Assembly: GCF_009914755.1 (NCBI RefSeq)
Contig: NC_060933.1
DNA length: 64,000 nt
Origin: the human T2T-CHM13v2.0 reference genome, Homo sapiens
Direction: 5' to 3' (one strand)
Made by a program: the position numbers and the translations under genes. Positions 19,709 through 36,668 of this stretch are shown piece after piece (the first letter of the stretch is position 1; every line of letters starts with the position of its first letter). The notes under the pieces were generated by a model, which had not been told where the DNA came from, searched no databases, and saw nothing but the letters and a program-made list of their open reading frames with translations.

Positions 19709-20172
19709 TCAACTCAACCTAAATAACATACAGACAGAAGGTTTCTAAAAGAAAACAATATTTATTCAGAAATGAAAGTTGCAATGGCAATATTCATGCC
19801 ATAGTAAACAATGTCCATATTCAAGCAGGTAAAAGCAGACAAAAGTTTCTAAAGAAAAAATGAGGATTACATAATTATTTTGAAATAATTATCCTTGGTT
19901 ATAAGGATCAGTAACAAGGGTGGCATCAGTTCGAGTTTAAATAGGTGGTTGCTGGGAAGATATCCTCACAAAAGTATTTTGTGTTTTGTCTGTGTATATG
20001 TGTCAGGTTATGATGGCCTTTGTGCAAGGTTGTGGGTTTTGTAGTCTGTTGTGATAGTTTTTGTTATCAGGCATTCATGTATGAGAACTGCCCCACTTCA
20101 TGGCCTTCCCCAGCTCCCTTTGTCAAGGTTTTTAACACAAGTGACTCCATTTGGATTCCAACAACTTTAGCA
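19709..20172 (-). mobile_element. MER65A-like 5' LTR (ERV1)
   Basis: The reverse complement begins TGCTAAAGTTGTTGGAATCCAAATGGAGTCACTTGTGTTAAAAACC, close to the recalled MER65A start. The PBS is adjacent. Confidence 0.8.
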
Positions 20173-20608
20173 AAACAATACAAACTTACTATACTACAGT
20201 TTCTAGATCAGAAGCTTTATATGATTCTCATTGGCCTAAGGTATTGGCAGAACAGCATTCTGGAGGCTATAAAAGTCAATCTGTTTCCTTACCTTTTCCG
20301 GATTCTAGAGCCTCATTGCATTCCTTAGTTCACCGCCCTTTCATCCATCTTCAAAGCCAGCAGTGTAGCATTTCTCTATTCCTTCTTCTAGCCTCACATT
20401 TTCTGTGCCCATAGTTGAGAAAATGTGCTCCATTCCAGGAACCCATGCGATTAGATTGATCTTACCCAAATAATCCAAGATAATCTCCCCATCTCAAGTT
20501 CCTTAGCCAAATTTACATCTGCAAAGCTTTTTTGCCACATAAGGTAACATATTGACAAGTTCTTGGAGTGAGATATGAACATTTTTGATGGCCATTATTC
20601 TACCTACC
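20173..20608 (-). mobile_element. MLT1 (D/E-like) MaLR LTR, cut by the MER65 provirus
   Basis: Contains ...ATAATCCAAGATAATCTCCCCATCTCAAG...ACATCTGCAAAG...GGCCATTATTCTACCTACCA, typical of the MLT1 antisense strand. Confidence 0.8.
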
Positions 20609-23454
20609 AGATTGTGCAAAATAACTCTTAAAATAACTCTGGAAATATAAAAGTCCTTTCATTTTTTCTTTCATGCAGTGTAGTTTTTATAATATTAGTT
20701 CCTTCAATTAGAAAAAAATTGAAAAAACTCTTTATGCTTTCATAAAAAACTTGGAACCAATAATATATTTAAGGAAAAAAAATACCAAGGTTACGGTATT
20801 AACTATATATCCTAATTAATATCCCTTCATAATTACAAATCAAGCCATATGAATTGCAATTGAGATCAATTTGTCTTCATCTTAAAAATATTTTCTGCAC
20901 AGTTGTGATAATGAAAACATTTGTGTCCAGGGACTATCTCCTTCTAAATCAGAGTCGTTATTATCTGGTAAAGTCATTAACTTGGATTAATTGGGTAAAA
21001 GTGGTATAATAATCCACAGATGACATACAGCTTTTAGGAGAGCTCTTATCTGAAAAGCAGTTTAGAAACTTTTTGTTATCTTTAGAGAAATATATAGATT
21101 TTAGCTTCAGGAAGCCAGGTGTATCTCCTTTTGTTCATTCCTAGGGTGGTGTCTGTCACAAAGTAGATGTTGAATAAATATTTTTGAAAGAACGCTTTAC
21201 AATTGGATGCATCAATATATTGACCAAGAAATATTAAAGTATAAAGAACCTAGAGAAAGCCAACAAGAAAGATAAGATGTGATTTGAATGTTTCACATTA
21301 TGTTGCCTTTTGTATGTCCCATACATAAAAGCATGGTGGCCTGTTTGGAACATTTAGTTTGCAATAGATTTGTATATGCTGTGCATGCAGGACTTCTATT
21401 TTAGGTCAGTAATCTGCTTCCTATGTCTACTGACTGCAAATCAGATATATACTAAGTAAAATATTAGGATGTCTGAAAAGGTTTCAGAAATGATAAAGCT
21501 AACAAATATAACCAGGTAAAATCAAAAGCTATTCTGGTGCTCTTATGGTAGAAGTTGCAAGAAACAGTTTGCCTCTTTTGAAATGAGCAGTCTCCTGTAC
21601 GGGAAAGTTTTCTGAAGTTCATTAAAGTCAAATGCTTGCTGATTTAGCACTGACTAGTAAAGTAGACTGATTATACTGTTAAAAACAGGCTTTCCAGTTC
21701 CCAAATTTGGCCTTACTCTCAACTTACACCACCACCTATCCCTTCCTCTAAAGCGGATCTTGTGAAGAGTACAGTCTATCAAGGTCTACAAGAGAATGTG
21801 AGGAAGAAATGCCCTGCGAGGCACTTTGTTTGCTCCCTGCTTATTCTGTAGCAGCAGTTGCAATGATATGGCCTTTCTCTTACTCAGTAAGATGTGTGTT
21901 TATTTTTTATTTTCTTAGTCACCTTCCAACTGAATAACATACTTTAGCATTGCATCGTCTGCGGAATTAATATGAATATTTAACACTATATTCCAACATG
22001 ATTAATTTGTACCATCATTTAAGGTGAAATCCCATTAAGACAGTAAGCACTTGATGAAATGTAGAAGCATTCATTCTCCTGTTTTTTGCCACAGTTAAAT
22101 GATTATTGTGTCTAAAATAAGGGGATAGTTGAAAAGCAGTGAAATAAATTTTGGTCAAGAGGATGCAGAAATCAGGAACAAACTCAAGTTTTAGGCCATT
22201 TCCTTTTTAACCAAACTATAAGTGCCCAAAAAAGAGGTTGGAAAAGACATATTACAGAGAAGGGAAAAGATAGTTGTCTAAGATGAGCACAGGAATGATT
22301 TGTCCCATGTGCTTAATCCATTTGGAATCTCTAGACTCTTCATCATACTTAATGTCAATAGTAATTCATACAAAAAAGAACTGAAATCCATTCTCCACTG
22401 GATGCAGATTTCAGGCAAAGGAGACTTTTTTTTTAACTTCGCCTTACTGAGATTCTTGTGTTTCCATATTGATTGAACCATAAGAAGCCCAGAATGCAAA
22501 GACACAAATACTTTTAAAATATCTTTTTGTGTGTGTGTTTCTACCAGACAGAAAAACTGCTATTGTCAGCAAAGTAAGTCTCTAGTTTCACTCTACTCTA
22601 TAACCTTATGGAGACAGACATCTAATGATGAAGAAAACATGGTGGTAATATTGAAATGGATATAAAGACACATGAAGGCACGAAAATAATTGTCAGTTTG
22701 TGACTTTTTTCTGTGTTGTTTTACCCATTTCTCTATGACTTTCTCTCTGATATGCTGCTCCTGGTAACTCACTAACACTAGAGATTAATGAATAATCCTT
22801 TTGCAAATGTATCTTCCTTTACTCTTAATGCTCCAACATAAAGTATTTGGAAAACTCAAAAGTCAGTTTCCATGAGAAATATTTAGAATGTTTCTGTGGC
22901 AGAATAACTCCATACTACCAATTTTAGCATCATTATACATTTTACCTCTGATAAATCAAATAGTACTTTACATATGCACTCTAAATAAAAATACATATTG
23001 AATAGAGACATATTGAAGTTTTGTTTTGGGCAATGCATCGAGTATGTTATTTACACAAGTGTGTATGTAGATAACATTACTCAATAGAAAAGAAGATAAA
23101 AATATAATATTTTTAAATGTGGTTCTTTCTCCTGTTACCAACAAAGCTAATCATATTTACATCTAATTTTTTTACTTAACAAAAATTCCTTCCAGTGTCT
23201 AGGATAATGCTTGACACATAGAAGTTGCTAAATATACTTAAGTGACTAAAATGCTATTTCTCCTCAAACAGAATTGTCTTTTTGCTGTCCAACGGGTTTA
23301 GTATTTTAGAAACATATTTTTCATCTCAGTCTCTTTTTATCCCCTCTACCCTTCTGCAATTAATAGTAAGCTGGATATCTTATTGTTCAAGTAAAGGAGA
23401 GAACTAGAAGAGACTAAAGAGTCTTGGTAATTCTATAGGAAGATGCTAGTTTTG

Positions 23455-24437
23455 CAAACAACCCAATTTAAAAATGGGCAAACAACTTGAACAGACATAT
23501 CTCCAAAAAAAAGTCATATAACTGGCCAATAAGCCCATGAGAAGATGAACAACATCATTAATCATTAGGAAACTGCAAATCAAAACCACAGTGAGATATC
23601 TCTTCACACCCATTAGGATGGCTATTTAAAAACAAACAACAACAATAAACAGAAAATAACTATTCCCAGAAAAGCTGTGGAGAAGACTGGAACCCTTGTA
23701 CATTGTTAGTGGGAATGTACAATGGTGTACCCACTGTGGAAAACAGTATAGTGGTTCCTCAAAAATTTAAAAATAAAATTGTCTTATGATCCAGCAATTT
23801 AACTTCTAGTTTATACTCAAAGGATTGAAAGCAAAGACTTGAACAGCTAAGTGTACACCAACATTAACAGATAGCAGCATTATCCACAATAGCCAAATGG
23901 TGAAAATAATCCAAATGTCAATCAACAAATGCAGTAGTTGTTTTTCTGTCCCTGTGTTAATTCACTTATGATTATAGCCTCCAGCTCCATATATGTTGCT
24001 GTGAAGGACATGATTTCATTCTTTTTTATGGCTGTGGAGAATTCCATGTTACATATATGTATGTACCACATTTTCTTTATCCAATCCACCACTGATGGTC
24101 ACCAAAGTTGATTCTTCAATATGTCTTTGCAAATAAATAGATTTTAAAGTATTGTCTATACATACAATGAAATATTATTTAGCCTTAATAAAAAATGAAA
24201 TTCTGATACGTGCTACAACATGGATAAACTTTGAACACATTAAGTGAACTAAGTCAGGTACAAAGGGATAAATATTTTATGATTACACTTATAGGAGTTA
24301 CCTATAGTAGTTAAATTCACAAGGACAAAGTAGAGTAGTGGTTACTAGGACATTGGAGAAGGAGAGAATAGAAAGTTAATTTTTAATGGGTACAAAGTTT
24401 CAGTTTGGCATAATGAAAAATTTGGGGATGGATAATG
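23455..24437 (+). mobile_element. L1MB-type 3' end
   Basis: Decayed ORF2 C-terminal homology (CAAATCAAAACCACAGTGAGATA) and an L1MB-like 3'UTR (AATGGGTACAAAGTTTCAGTTTGG). Confidence 0.8.
23936..24130 (-). mobile_element. Tail-less antisense fragment of a primate L1 (L1PA13-16/L1PB-like) inside the L1MB
   Basis: GGACATGATTTCATTCTTTTTTATGGCTG...ACCACATTTTCTTTATCCAATCCACC is antisense L1P ORF2 end. Confidence 0.75.
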
Positions 24438-25945
24438 GGATTACCAAGATGGGTTAGAAAAGACCAGATGGAATTCCACCATACTGCACTTGAAACAGAG
24501 ATATCTCTGTGAACTCATGGTTTTCAAAACAGAAAAATTCAAAACTAAGTAAAATGCAAGTGTGTGTGTTGGAGGGGGTGGGGGTACATCTTTCCTATCT
24601 TTGTCCAATGACAGGATCTAGAAAGAGTAACATCCCAATACGTGAGCAGAACTAGCATCTTGGCTTCTACATGTCACTCTCCACTGAAAGGAACCAGGAT
24701 TCCTTGGAGAAATGGCTTCTTCCAGGTCTGGGACAGGAGAATATAACAGGAGCCTTGTATATCTTACTGTGCCAGACAGTAAGGAAGTATTCAGATAACA
24801 GCCAAAAAAAAAAAGGATTTATCAACAAAATGAATAAATAATAAAACCAGAAAGCAGCTTGAAACAGCTCCCAGAATTCAGGCACAACTTTAGCATGAAA
24901 CTAAACAATGATAATAAGAGTTTATAACATTTTATAAGATAGAAATCCATGAGTCCCTGCTGATAGAAATAAATTAATTAAAAGTTTGATAAATTGCATG
25001 ATATTTATAAAGTCTTAAAGTGCCTTGCCATGAAAAATTATTAATTACAAAGGGAAGAAGTGTAACTATATGGTGGAGGAGCCTAGCAGAAACCACTTTG
25101 AACAAGGCATCAAATTTAATATCACTAGAACAAATCAGATTCACATATAACTTGATAGAATGCAATGAGGAAATATCAGACAAACGCAACCTGAGGGTTG
25201 TCCTACAAAATAACTGGCCTCTAACCTTCAAAAGTCTCAACATAAGAAAGTTATGGTAAGTTGAATAATGCCCCCAAATATGACTATGTCCTAATCCCTG
25301 GAACTTTATATGGCAAAGGGACTTTGCAGATGTTACCAAGTTGAGGATATTAAATTGGGAATATTTTCCTGGATTATCCCATGGGTTCAATGCAATCACA
25401 ACAGTCCTTATAAGAGGGAGCCAGGAGGATGCAGAGGCAGAGGTGAAGACAGTGTGATAACAGAAGCAGAGATTGGAGTGATGCACTTGGAAGATGCAGC
25501 CAAGGAATACAGGCAGCCACCCGAAGCTGAAAAAGTGAAGGAAACAGATTTTCCCCCCCAGAACCTCCAGCCCTGCCAGAACCTTGATTTGTGCCCATTG
25601 AAACTGATTTCAGGATGCTGAATTCCAGAATTGTAAGAGAATAAGTTCATGTTGTTTAAGTCACTCAGTTTGCGGTAATTCGTCCTAGAAGCAATAAGAA
25701 ACTAACATGAAAAAGCAAGAAATGACTGAGCAACTGGATCCTTTTTCTGTAAAGGACATTATTGAGACAGCTATAAAATTAGAATGATATCAAAAGGATA
25801 CTGTTAATGTGAATTTCTTGATTTCGATGATTATATATTATGGTTATATGGGAGAACAGGCTTGTTTATAGGAAATAGACAAAGTTTTTGTGAGTAATGG
25901 AGCATCAGATTGGCAACATACATTGAAATGGTTCAGAAAAAGAGC
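24438..25945 (+). mobile_element. L1MC4-like 3' region interrupted by MLT1D
   Basis: AAAGGAACCAGGATTCCTTGGAGAAATGGCT...GTGCCAGACAGTAAGGAAGT resembles the recalled L1MC4 3'UTR. Confidence 0.65.
25252..25709 (+). mobile_element. MLT1D MaLR solo LTR
   Basis: Contains GGCAAAGGGACTTTGCAGATG, CCTTATAAGAGGGAG and TGTAAGAGAATAAGTTCATGTTGTTTAAG...GCAATAAGAAACTAA. Confidence 0.85.
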
Positions 25946-26009
25946 ATTAGACTTTTAAAATAAGGAAATAGAGTTTGGTGTTTTGCCAGATAAGTTCCCA
26001 CAAAAAATA

Positions 26010-26960
26010 AGGCAAAACATTTGAGGATATATCCAAGGGAGCGATTAAAATGAATGATTATGCAAGTAAAAGTGGCTAAGAGAGTAAATGCAGATTGAAC
26101 GGTGAGAGGCGTTGGTAAGGGGAATGGCAGAGTGGAAAACCAATGTAGAGAGGGAGCTAAAAAGACAGTGTGTGGCGGTCAGAGAGGCATGTTTGAAGCT
26201 GAGATGAGGTGGGGGGTGTTAGAGTTATCGGTAATGACATGGTCTGGAGTCAGCCATGGGAGTAATTACTAAATGAAATAAGGTAAAGCACAAATTGTAG
26301 AAGAACAATTAAAAGAACTGAAAGGGAAGAGCATGAAGAGAGTCTACATGGACACTGAAATAAGCAAAATTCAAAACCAGAGTGGTATCAGAGACAGTGA
26401 CCATAAAACTAGCCAAATGTTCAACAATGAGAGGAAATGACTTGGGAATCAATAGATGACTACAACAAGACAAAATAGGGTGATATAGTCTAATGATGTA
26501 AGATTGTAAATTGTGGTGGGTTTGGGGGGTATTTTTGGAGGAAAGAGAGGTACAGTGGTCTAAAAGTAGGAATCGAGGTTCTAGGTTCTTTCACTGATAT
26601 CGATCCAGTCCAACAAAAGGGGATGAAGAGGAAACAGGCTCTACTAAAGATCATTAGAAGAGAACAGTGTCCTCTGTGAAAAGTCAAGTTTCACTTAGAG
26701 AAAGGATAAACAAACAAAGCAATATTCAGAGGAGAGTTTGGGTCTATAAAAATTTTTGATATTAAGAGATACCAGTTCCACAGGGCACTGCAGAACAATT
26801 TTAAACACTGATAAGGGATGAGAGTTGCCATCAGAAAAAGGGATGTCATGAGCTATATATGGAGGAGAGCCCGGGGTATAAGAATTGCCTTCACTGACAT
26901 GGGCTTCTAGTGACTGATGCAAATGGGAATATGAATCTTGGTTTCAGGAGAAGTTAGCAA
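26010..26960 (-). mobile_element. Probable decayed L2 fragment
   Basis: Purine-rich plus strand with composition typical of antisense L2. No diagnostic end seen. Confidence 0.45.
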
Positions 26961-26984
26961 GTCAGAGAGTACTGACAAAGAGAT

Positions 26985-29954
<2,970 letters not shown>

Positions 29955-29958
<4 letters not shown>

Positions 29959-29992
29959 TTGATACAATAGTTGTTTTTTGATACAATAGTTG
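29955..29992. repeat. Perfect 19-bp tandem duplication (ttttttgatacaatagttg x2)
   Basis: Directly visible at the truncated 5' boundary of the L1MA. Confidence 0.9.
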
Positions 29993-32344
29993 TTTCCTTT
30001 GGGTTGGCCTAATAGTGCTCTGAGTTTGGCAGATCTCTCTCACTATCCCTAATGATATATTTTTTTTGTCTGCAACACCTGTGGCCTTAATATGGAGATG
30101 GTTATTAAAGGATTATTACTTAGTTCTAATGAACTGTATTTCTCAAGAGAGATTGAATAACTATTAGGAGATGATAGATATGTGATGCTCACAAGTACTC
30201 AATTCCTGATAATGAACTCTAAAATACCATAAAAGTTTTATGTGAAACTCTAGAAATAAATACATTTACAATTAACGCTCACCATGCTATCATGTTCATT
30301 TTGGACAGAGCTCCTAGTTTCAAAAAATCTCATTGTCATTTCCTACAACTCCAGACCATCAAAAAGTCTTCTGAGCATTATACTATAAGTTTTATTGATT
30401 TTTATTTGTTATAATAAATAAGACTTTGTATATTAATATGCTCCTAAAATTATTTATATAGTATGCTTTGCCTTGAGCAAGAGAAAGTTTCTTATTTTGT
30501 ATCCCAGACCATTGGAAAAGAGGAAACCAAGACAGTGATACACAATATATATTTAGAAATTGCCTATCTCTTACTTAAAGGAAATAATGACAAGTTTTAA
30601 AGGTGGCAGGGACACTGCCCTTCTTAGCATTTTTTGGATATATCTTATTATTAGTAAATAAAAGCAAAAAAAAAAAAAGAAGTAGCTGTGCTAGAACACA
30701 AGCAAATATTTGCTTTAAAAACACAAAACTAACACAAAAAATAGATTTTATAACCTTAGGTACATGCATATCTGGTTTTGTTTTAAAATTTGGTAGGACT
30801 ATTGTTGTAGTTACAGAATGCAGAAATAACTCAATGAAACTGCATAGGAAACCCTTATTCAACACTTTGCTTTTCTCTCCCCTTTCTTTGAGTAAATCTG
30901 ACATTATAAGCATAACTGGTTCTCTGTGGACCTCTTAAATAATTTAAAGATGCTGAGCTTCATATTCTACAGCCCAAAGATGCTGACATTATTTTAAATT
31001 AGGTTTTAACACTTAAAACGTATTGAAGTACATTTGGGGGAGATGAAGATTTGCTACCTGTGCTCTTTTTCTGTAATAACAGCGTTCAGCAGACAGAGTT
31101 GGAATAAAATAATATCTCCATGGTTTGTTTTTAAATCTTTATCTCCAGTCAAATGACATGAGCTATGATAACACATATATGACAACTTGGTAATTTCAGA
31201 ATAAATTCTGAATGCAAAGAGACTTGTTAATATCAAGTGAAAATAGAAATTCTTAAATATTTTCTAAAAAGAGCAACAGATTGCTCTTATGATGTGCCTC
31301 CCTGTTCAACAGATTTGGGTATTACAACAACTCAAGGGATGTTTGTGGCACTCTAAGCTACATGTAAGAGATTTTTGAAATGCTGAGATGTGGCCATTAC
31401 TTAACTCTGTGTGACCAATATTAACAGAGTTCAGCTCTACTTGAATAATATGAAAGTTAAGAGATATACTCTTCTTTGTCGGCACCTTCATCTCTTTCTG
31501 CATGTTAGGCAGAAAGTCAGTTTCACCCCATTTCCGCATATAACTGCCACATGTGGTTTTTAAGTCCCTAGGTTGAATGTATCTGGGTCAGAGGCAAAGC
31601 TCAAAGTTGAACTAGGGCTTAGTACACTGCTTGGCCTCAATCAGAATTTTCTTTTTGTAATCAGGCATGTTCCCAGTTGCCACGCAATGTGAGTTGGCAA
31701 GGGAGAAGGGGAGCAAAAAAAAAAAAAGAAAAGAAAATCCAGAATTGGGCTCCTTGCCAAGTTTTCATAGAGTAAAAAATTGGAGCCCTTGAGAGAAGCA
31801 AATGTTTGGAACTGCTAACCCTTCTGCCCTATCACATTCCAAGTCAGTCAGATGGTCATAGCCATCTCTGCCAGAATGCGCCATGTTATTGAGCACAAAG
31901 ACAGGTTTCTAGCCTCCCAGGATATGGTACCATGTGCTGGGGATTCATGAGTTTATATGAAAGATTCTTTTTCACTTGTACCTGATGCTTAGGTTTCTAA
32001 AACTTCCTTTTGCCTTTTTCTTGTCCTGTTTCCCTTCTAGATTTCATTTTCCACTGGAATCCTACATTCTGTACTCTCCTTATTCTGGTAATTAATTTTC
32101 CTTGCATGAGTAAAATTCATGGTCACTAATCATAGTTTCATATCCAAGGTGCAAAATTGTTCAAGTGTAGAAAAGAGGGACATTCCTCTCAACAGGAGGA
32201 AAAAAATATAGAAAAATATGTCAGATATGCTCAATTCCAGTGTTTTCACCTTGGTGGATGCAGCTGGCAATCATTTTGGAAAAAAATCCAAGTCAGCCAG
32301 GAGTGGTGGAAGAACACTGAATTAAGATTTTTTTTATTTAAGTG

Positions 32345-34270
32345 AAATTAGCATGTCAAAGAGATACACTGTCATGTTTACTACAGCATTATTCACAATA
32401 GCCAAGATATAGACTCAGACTAAGTGTCCATCAATGGATGAATGCATTTTTAAAAGTGGTATATACATACAGTGGAATACTATTCAGCCTTAAAAAAAAG
32501 AAATTATTTTATTTGCAATAACATGGATAAACCTGGAGGAAACTATGTTGTGAAATAAAGCAGGCACATAAAAACAACTACTACATGATCTCACATATAT
32601 GTAGCATCTAATAAAGTAGAATTCATAAAAGCAGAGAGTAGAATGGTGATTACCAGTGACTAAGGAGAGGGGTGACCTTTGAGGAGATGTTGGTCAAAGG
32701 AAACAGAATTTCACTTAGGAGGAATAAGTTGAAGAGATCTATTGTACAATGTATAATTAATGAAAATGTATTGTATTCTTGAAAGTTGCTAAGAGGGTAG
32801 ATTTCAAGTATTAACACCACCAAAAACATATAAGGTAATTCATGTGTTGATTAGCCACATTTAGCCATTTCACAAAGTATGCGTATCTCAAAAACACTAT
32901 GTTTAGAAGAGCTGGTACCATACCTACTGAAACTATTCCAAAAAATTGAAAAGGAGGGACTCCTCCCTAACTCATTCTATGAAGCCAGCATCATTTTGAT
33001 ACCAAAACCTTGCAGAGATACAACAAAAAAGGAAAACTTCAGGTCAATGTCCTCAATGAACATTGATTTGAAAAACCCTCAACAAAATACTAGCAAACTG
33101 AATTCAGCAGCACAGCAAAAAGCTTATCTGTCATGATCAAGTAGCCTTCATCCCCAGCAATTACAACAAAAGCAAAAATTGAGAAATAGGATCTAATTAA
33201 ACTAAAGAGTTTCTGCACAGCAGAAGAAGTATCAAGAGAGTAAACAACCAACCTACAGAATGGGGCAAAATATTTGCAAACCATTCATCTGACAAAAGTC
33301 TAATATCTAGCATTTATAAGGAACTTAAACAATTTTACAGGAAAAAAAACAAACCCCATTAAAAAGTGGGCAAAGGACATGAACAGACACTTCTCAAAAG
33401 AAGACATACGTGCAGCCAACAATCATATGAAAAAAAAGTGCAACATCACTGATCATTGGAGAAATACACATCAAAACCACAATGGGATATCATCTCACAC
33501 CAGTCAGAATGGCTATAATTAAAAGGTCAAAAAATAACAGATGCTGGCGAAGTTGTGGAGAAAAAGGAACATTATACACTGTTGATGGGTGTAAATTAGT
33601 TGAATCATTGTGGAAGACAGCTTGGTGATTTCTCAAAGACATAAAGATGGAAATATCATTTGACTCAGCAATCCCATATCTAGGCACATACCCAAAGGAA
33701 TACAAGTCATTCTACCATTAAGACACATGCATGTATATGTCCATTCCAGCACTATTCACAATAGCAAAGACATGGAATCAACCTAAATGCTCATTAATGA
33801 GAGCTTGGATTTAAAAAAATGTGGTACATATACACCATGGAATACTAAATAGCCATAAAAAAGAATGTGATCATACCCTCGGCAGGAAAATGGATGGAGC
33901 TGGAGGCTATTATCCTCAGCAAATTAACACAGGAATGCAAAACTTAACACTGCATGTTCTCACTTAAAAGTGGAAGCTATATGATAAGAACACATGGACA
34001 CATAGAGGGGAACAACACACACTGGGGCCTAGCAGAGGGTGGAAGGTTGGAGGAGGAAGAGGATCAGGAAAAATAACTAACAGGTTCTAGGCTTAATACC
34101 TGGGTGACAAAATAATCTGTTCAACAAACCCCCATGACACAAGTTTACCTACGTAACAAACCTGCACATGTACCCCTGAACTTAAAAGTTAAATGAAAAA
34201 CATATATACGTTGTATGCAACAAATATACACAATTTTTGTTGGTCAATTTAAAACATTAATTAAAACTAA
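32345..34270 (+). mobile_element. L1MA (MA4-6-like) 3' end, split by an L1PA13 insertion
   Basis: L1MA 3'UTR motifs (GATGTTGGTCAAAGG, GCTAAGAGGGTAGATTT). The sequence resumes at ~34197 with AAATATACACAATTTTTG. Confidence 0.8.
32905..34196 (+). mobile_element. L1PA13-like 3' fragment with a ~1.3-kb internal deletion at ~33155
   Basis: ORF2 remnant [29 protein letters not shown]. The 3'UTR reads GGATCAGGAAAAATAACTAA...TACCCCTGAACTTAAAAG. Degenerate TSD aaaaacactatgtt / aaaaacatatatacgtt. Confidence 0.85.
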
Positions 34271-34304
34271 AGTATGTATCCTATAGGCAGACAAAAAAAT
34301 GATT

Positions 34305-34465
34305 TTTCCGCTTGCTAGGGATATGAGTCTGGCAAAACCAGTTAATCTCTTCGAACCTCTGTTTCTTTATCTGCCATTGTGTATTTTAATGGCTGATGTG
34401 TTTATATTACAAGATTGTTAGAAAGATCAACTGAGATGGTCTATATAAGAAAGCATATTTTGGAA
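34305..34465 (+). mobile_element. MIR fragment
   Basis: MIR core-like TTAATCTCTTCGAACCTCTGTTTCTTTATCTG. Confidence 0.55.
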
Positions 34466-34629
34466 ATATCAAACAATGTTCGAAGGTAAAGGACCATCAT
34501 CTGCTGTTTCCAATGGGCTCTCAAAAGGTGTGGAATTGCCATTCCTTTCAGGGGCAACTATCCACAGACTAGTACATCAAGTGCTTGACTTAAAACCTTC
34601 AACAATAAGTAATTTTGGGTGTTTTAAAG

Positions 34630-36668
34630 ATTATATTTTAATAATCTTATTGACATATAATTCACATTCCATTCATATCACCTACTTACAATGTATAAGT
34701 GAATTTTTTTCACATATGCATAGAGTTGGGTAACCACCACCACAGTCTAATTTTAGAACATTTTTGTCCACTGTAAAGAAAAAAAATGTAATCACTCTTC
34801 TTTACCTCCCAACAAAACCCTACCATCCATCCCTAGGCAACCACTAATCAATTTTATGTCTTTATTCATTTGTCTCTTCTGGACATTTCATATAGACAGA
34901 CGCATACGATATATGGCATTTTAAGACTGGATGCTTTCACTTAACATAATGCTTTCAAGGTTCCAAGGTATAGCTTGTATGAGTTCTTGATTCCTTTTTA
35001 TGGCTCAATAATATTCCATTGCATGGATATACCACTTGTGCTTATCCATTCATCAGTTAATGGGCATTTGGGTTATTTCAGCATTTTGGTTATTATTGAA
35101 TAATGTTGCTATGAATATTGATGTACAAGTTTTTGTGCGGACATATGCTTTTATATGTCTTAAGTATATACGTAGGTGCAGAGGTGCTGGGCCATGTAGT
35201 AGCTTTATATTTAAGGTTTTCAGGAACTTCCAGACTGTTTTCCAATCAGCTACAACATTTTAAATTCCCACCAAAAAAAAATGAGCATTCTGATTTTTAC
35301 ACATCCTCTGCAACACTTGTCATTACCTGGTTTTTTTATCATAGCCAACCTAGTAGGTGCAAACTAGTGTCATCAGGATTTTGATTTGTATTTTCCTAGT
35401 GATGTTTGGCACCTTTTTATTTGTTTATTGGCAATTCGTATATCTTCTTTGGAGAAATGTCTATTCAGATTCTTCAGTCAATTGTTAATTGAGTTATTTG
35501 TCATTTTAAAAAATTTTGTTGTAAGGGTTTTTTATATATTTTGGATAAAGTCCCTTATCAGATATATTGTTTGTAAATATCATCTCCTATTTCATGGATT
35601 GCTCTTTTACTTTCTTCATAATATTCGTAGCAAAAACATTCGTTAATTTTGATGTAGTTCAAATTATTTTTTCTTTTGTTTCTTGTGCTTTCGGAGTTGA
35701 ATCTAAGAAACCATTACCTAATTCAAGATCAAGAAGATTTACTCTTGGGTTTTCTTCTAAGAATTTTATAGTTCTAGCCTTTACATTTAGATCTGCAATA
35801 CATTTTGAGTTAATTTGTGTTTAAGATTTGAGATAGGCATCCAGTTTCATAATTTTGCATGTGGATATCCAATTCTTCCTATTTGTTGAAAAAAATTTTT
35901 TCTATTTTATTACTATTGATTCCTTGAATTGTCTTGGCACCCTTGTAAAAAATCAATTGACCATTAACTTATGGATTTATTTCTAGACTTTCAATTCTAC
36001 TATATAAATCTATATGTACATTTTTATGCCAGTACCACACTGTCTTGATTACTGTAGCTTTGTAGTAAGTTTTGAAATTGGAACTGTAAGTCCTCTAACT
36101 TTGTTTTCCTGTTTTAAAATTGTTTGAACTATTCTGGCTTCTTTGAATTTCTATGTGAATTTTAGGATCAGCTTGTCAATTTCTGCAAGAAAACCAGCTG
36201 GGATATTTTTAGAATTTGCATTTATCTGTAGATTAATTTGGAGATACTCCCATCTTAACAATACTAAATCTTCCAATTCCTGAATGAAATACCAGTTTAT
36301 TTAGATCTTTAATTATTTCAACAATGTTTTACAGTTTTTAGTGTACAACTCTTGCCCTTTTTTGTTAAATTTATACCCAAGTATTTTATTCTTTTAATGC
36401 TATTGTAAGTGGAATTGTTTGCTCAATTTCATTTTTGGAGTTTTCACTGATAGTATACAGAAGTTCAATTGATTTTTGTATGTTCATCTTGCATCCTAAA
36501 CCTGAATGAACGCCTTTATTAGTTCTAACAGTTTTAATAGATTCCTTTGGATTTTCTATACATAAGATCATGTCATCTACAAATAGAGATAGAATTATTT
36601 CTTCCTTTCCAATCTAGATGTTTTTTATTTCTTTGCTTCCGTAATTGCCCTGGCTAGAACCTTCAACA
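34630..36668 (-). mobile_element. L1MB (MB5-MB8-like) 3' ~2 kb
   Basis: Antisense L1MB 3' terminus (TATTGACATATAATTCACA...TAATTTTAGAACATTTTT) and ORF2 remnant 36386-36571 (MILCIENPKES). Confidence 0.82.

Noticed and set aside
24974-25650. 170-aa and neighbouring ORFs
   Set aside because: They span L1MC and MLT1D repeat sequence and are chance ORFs.
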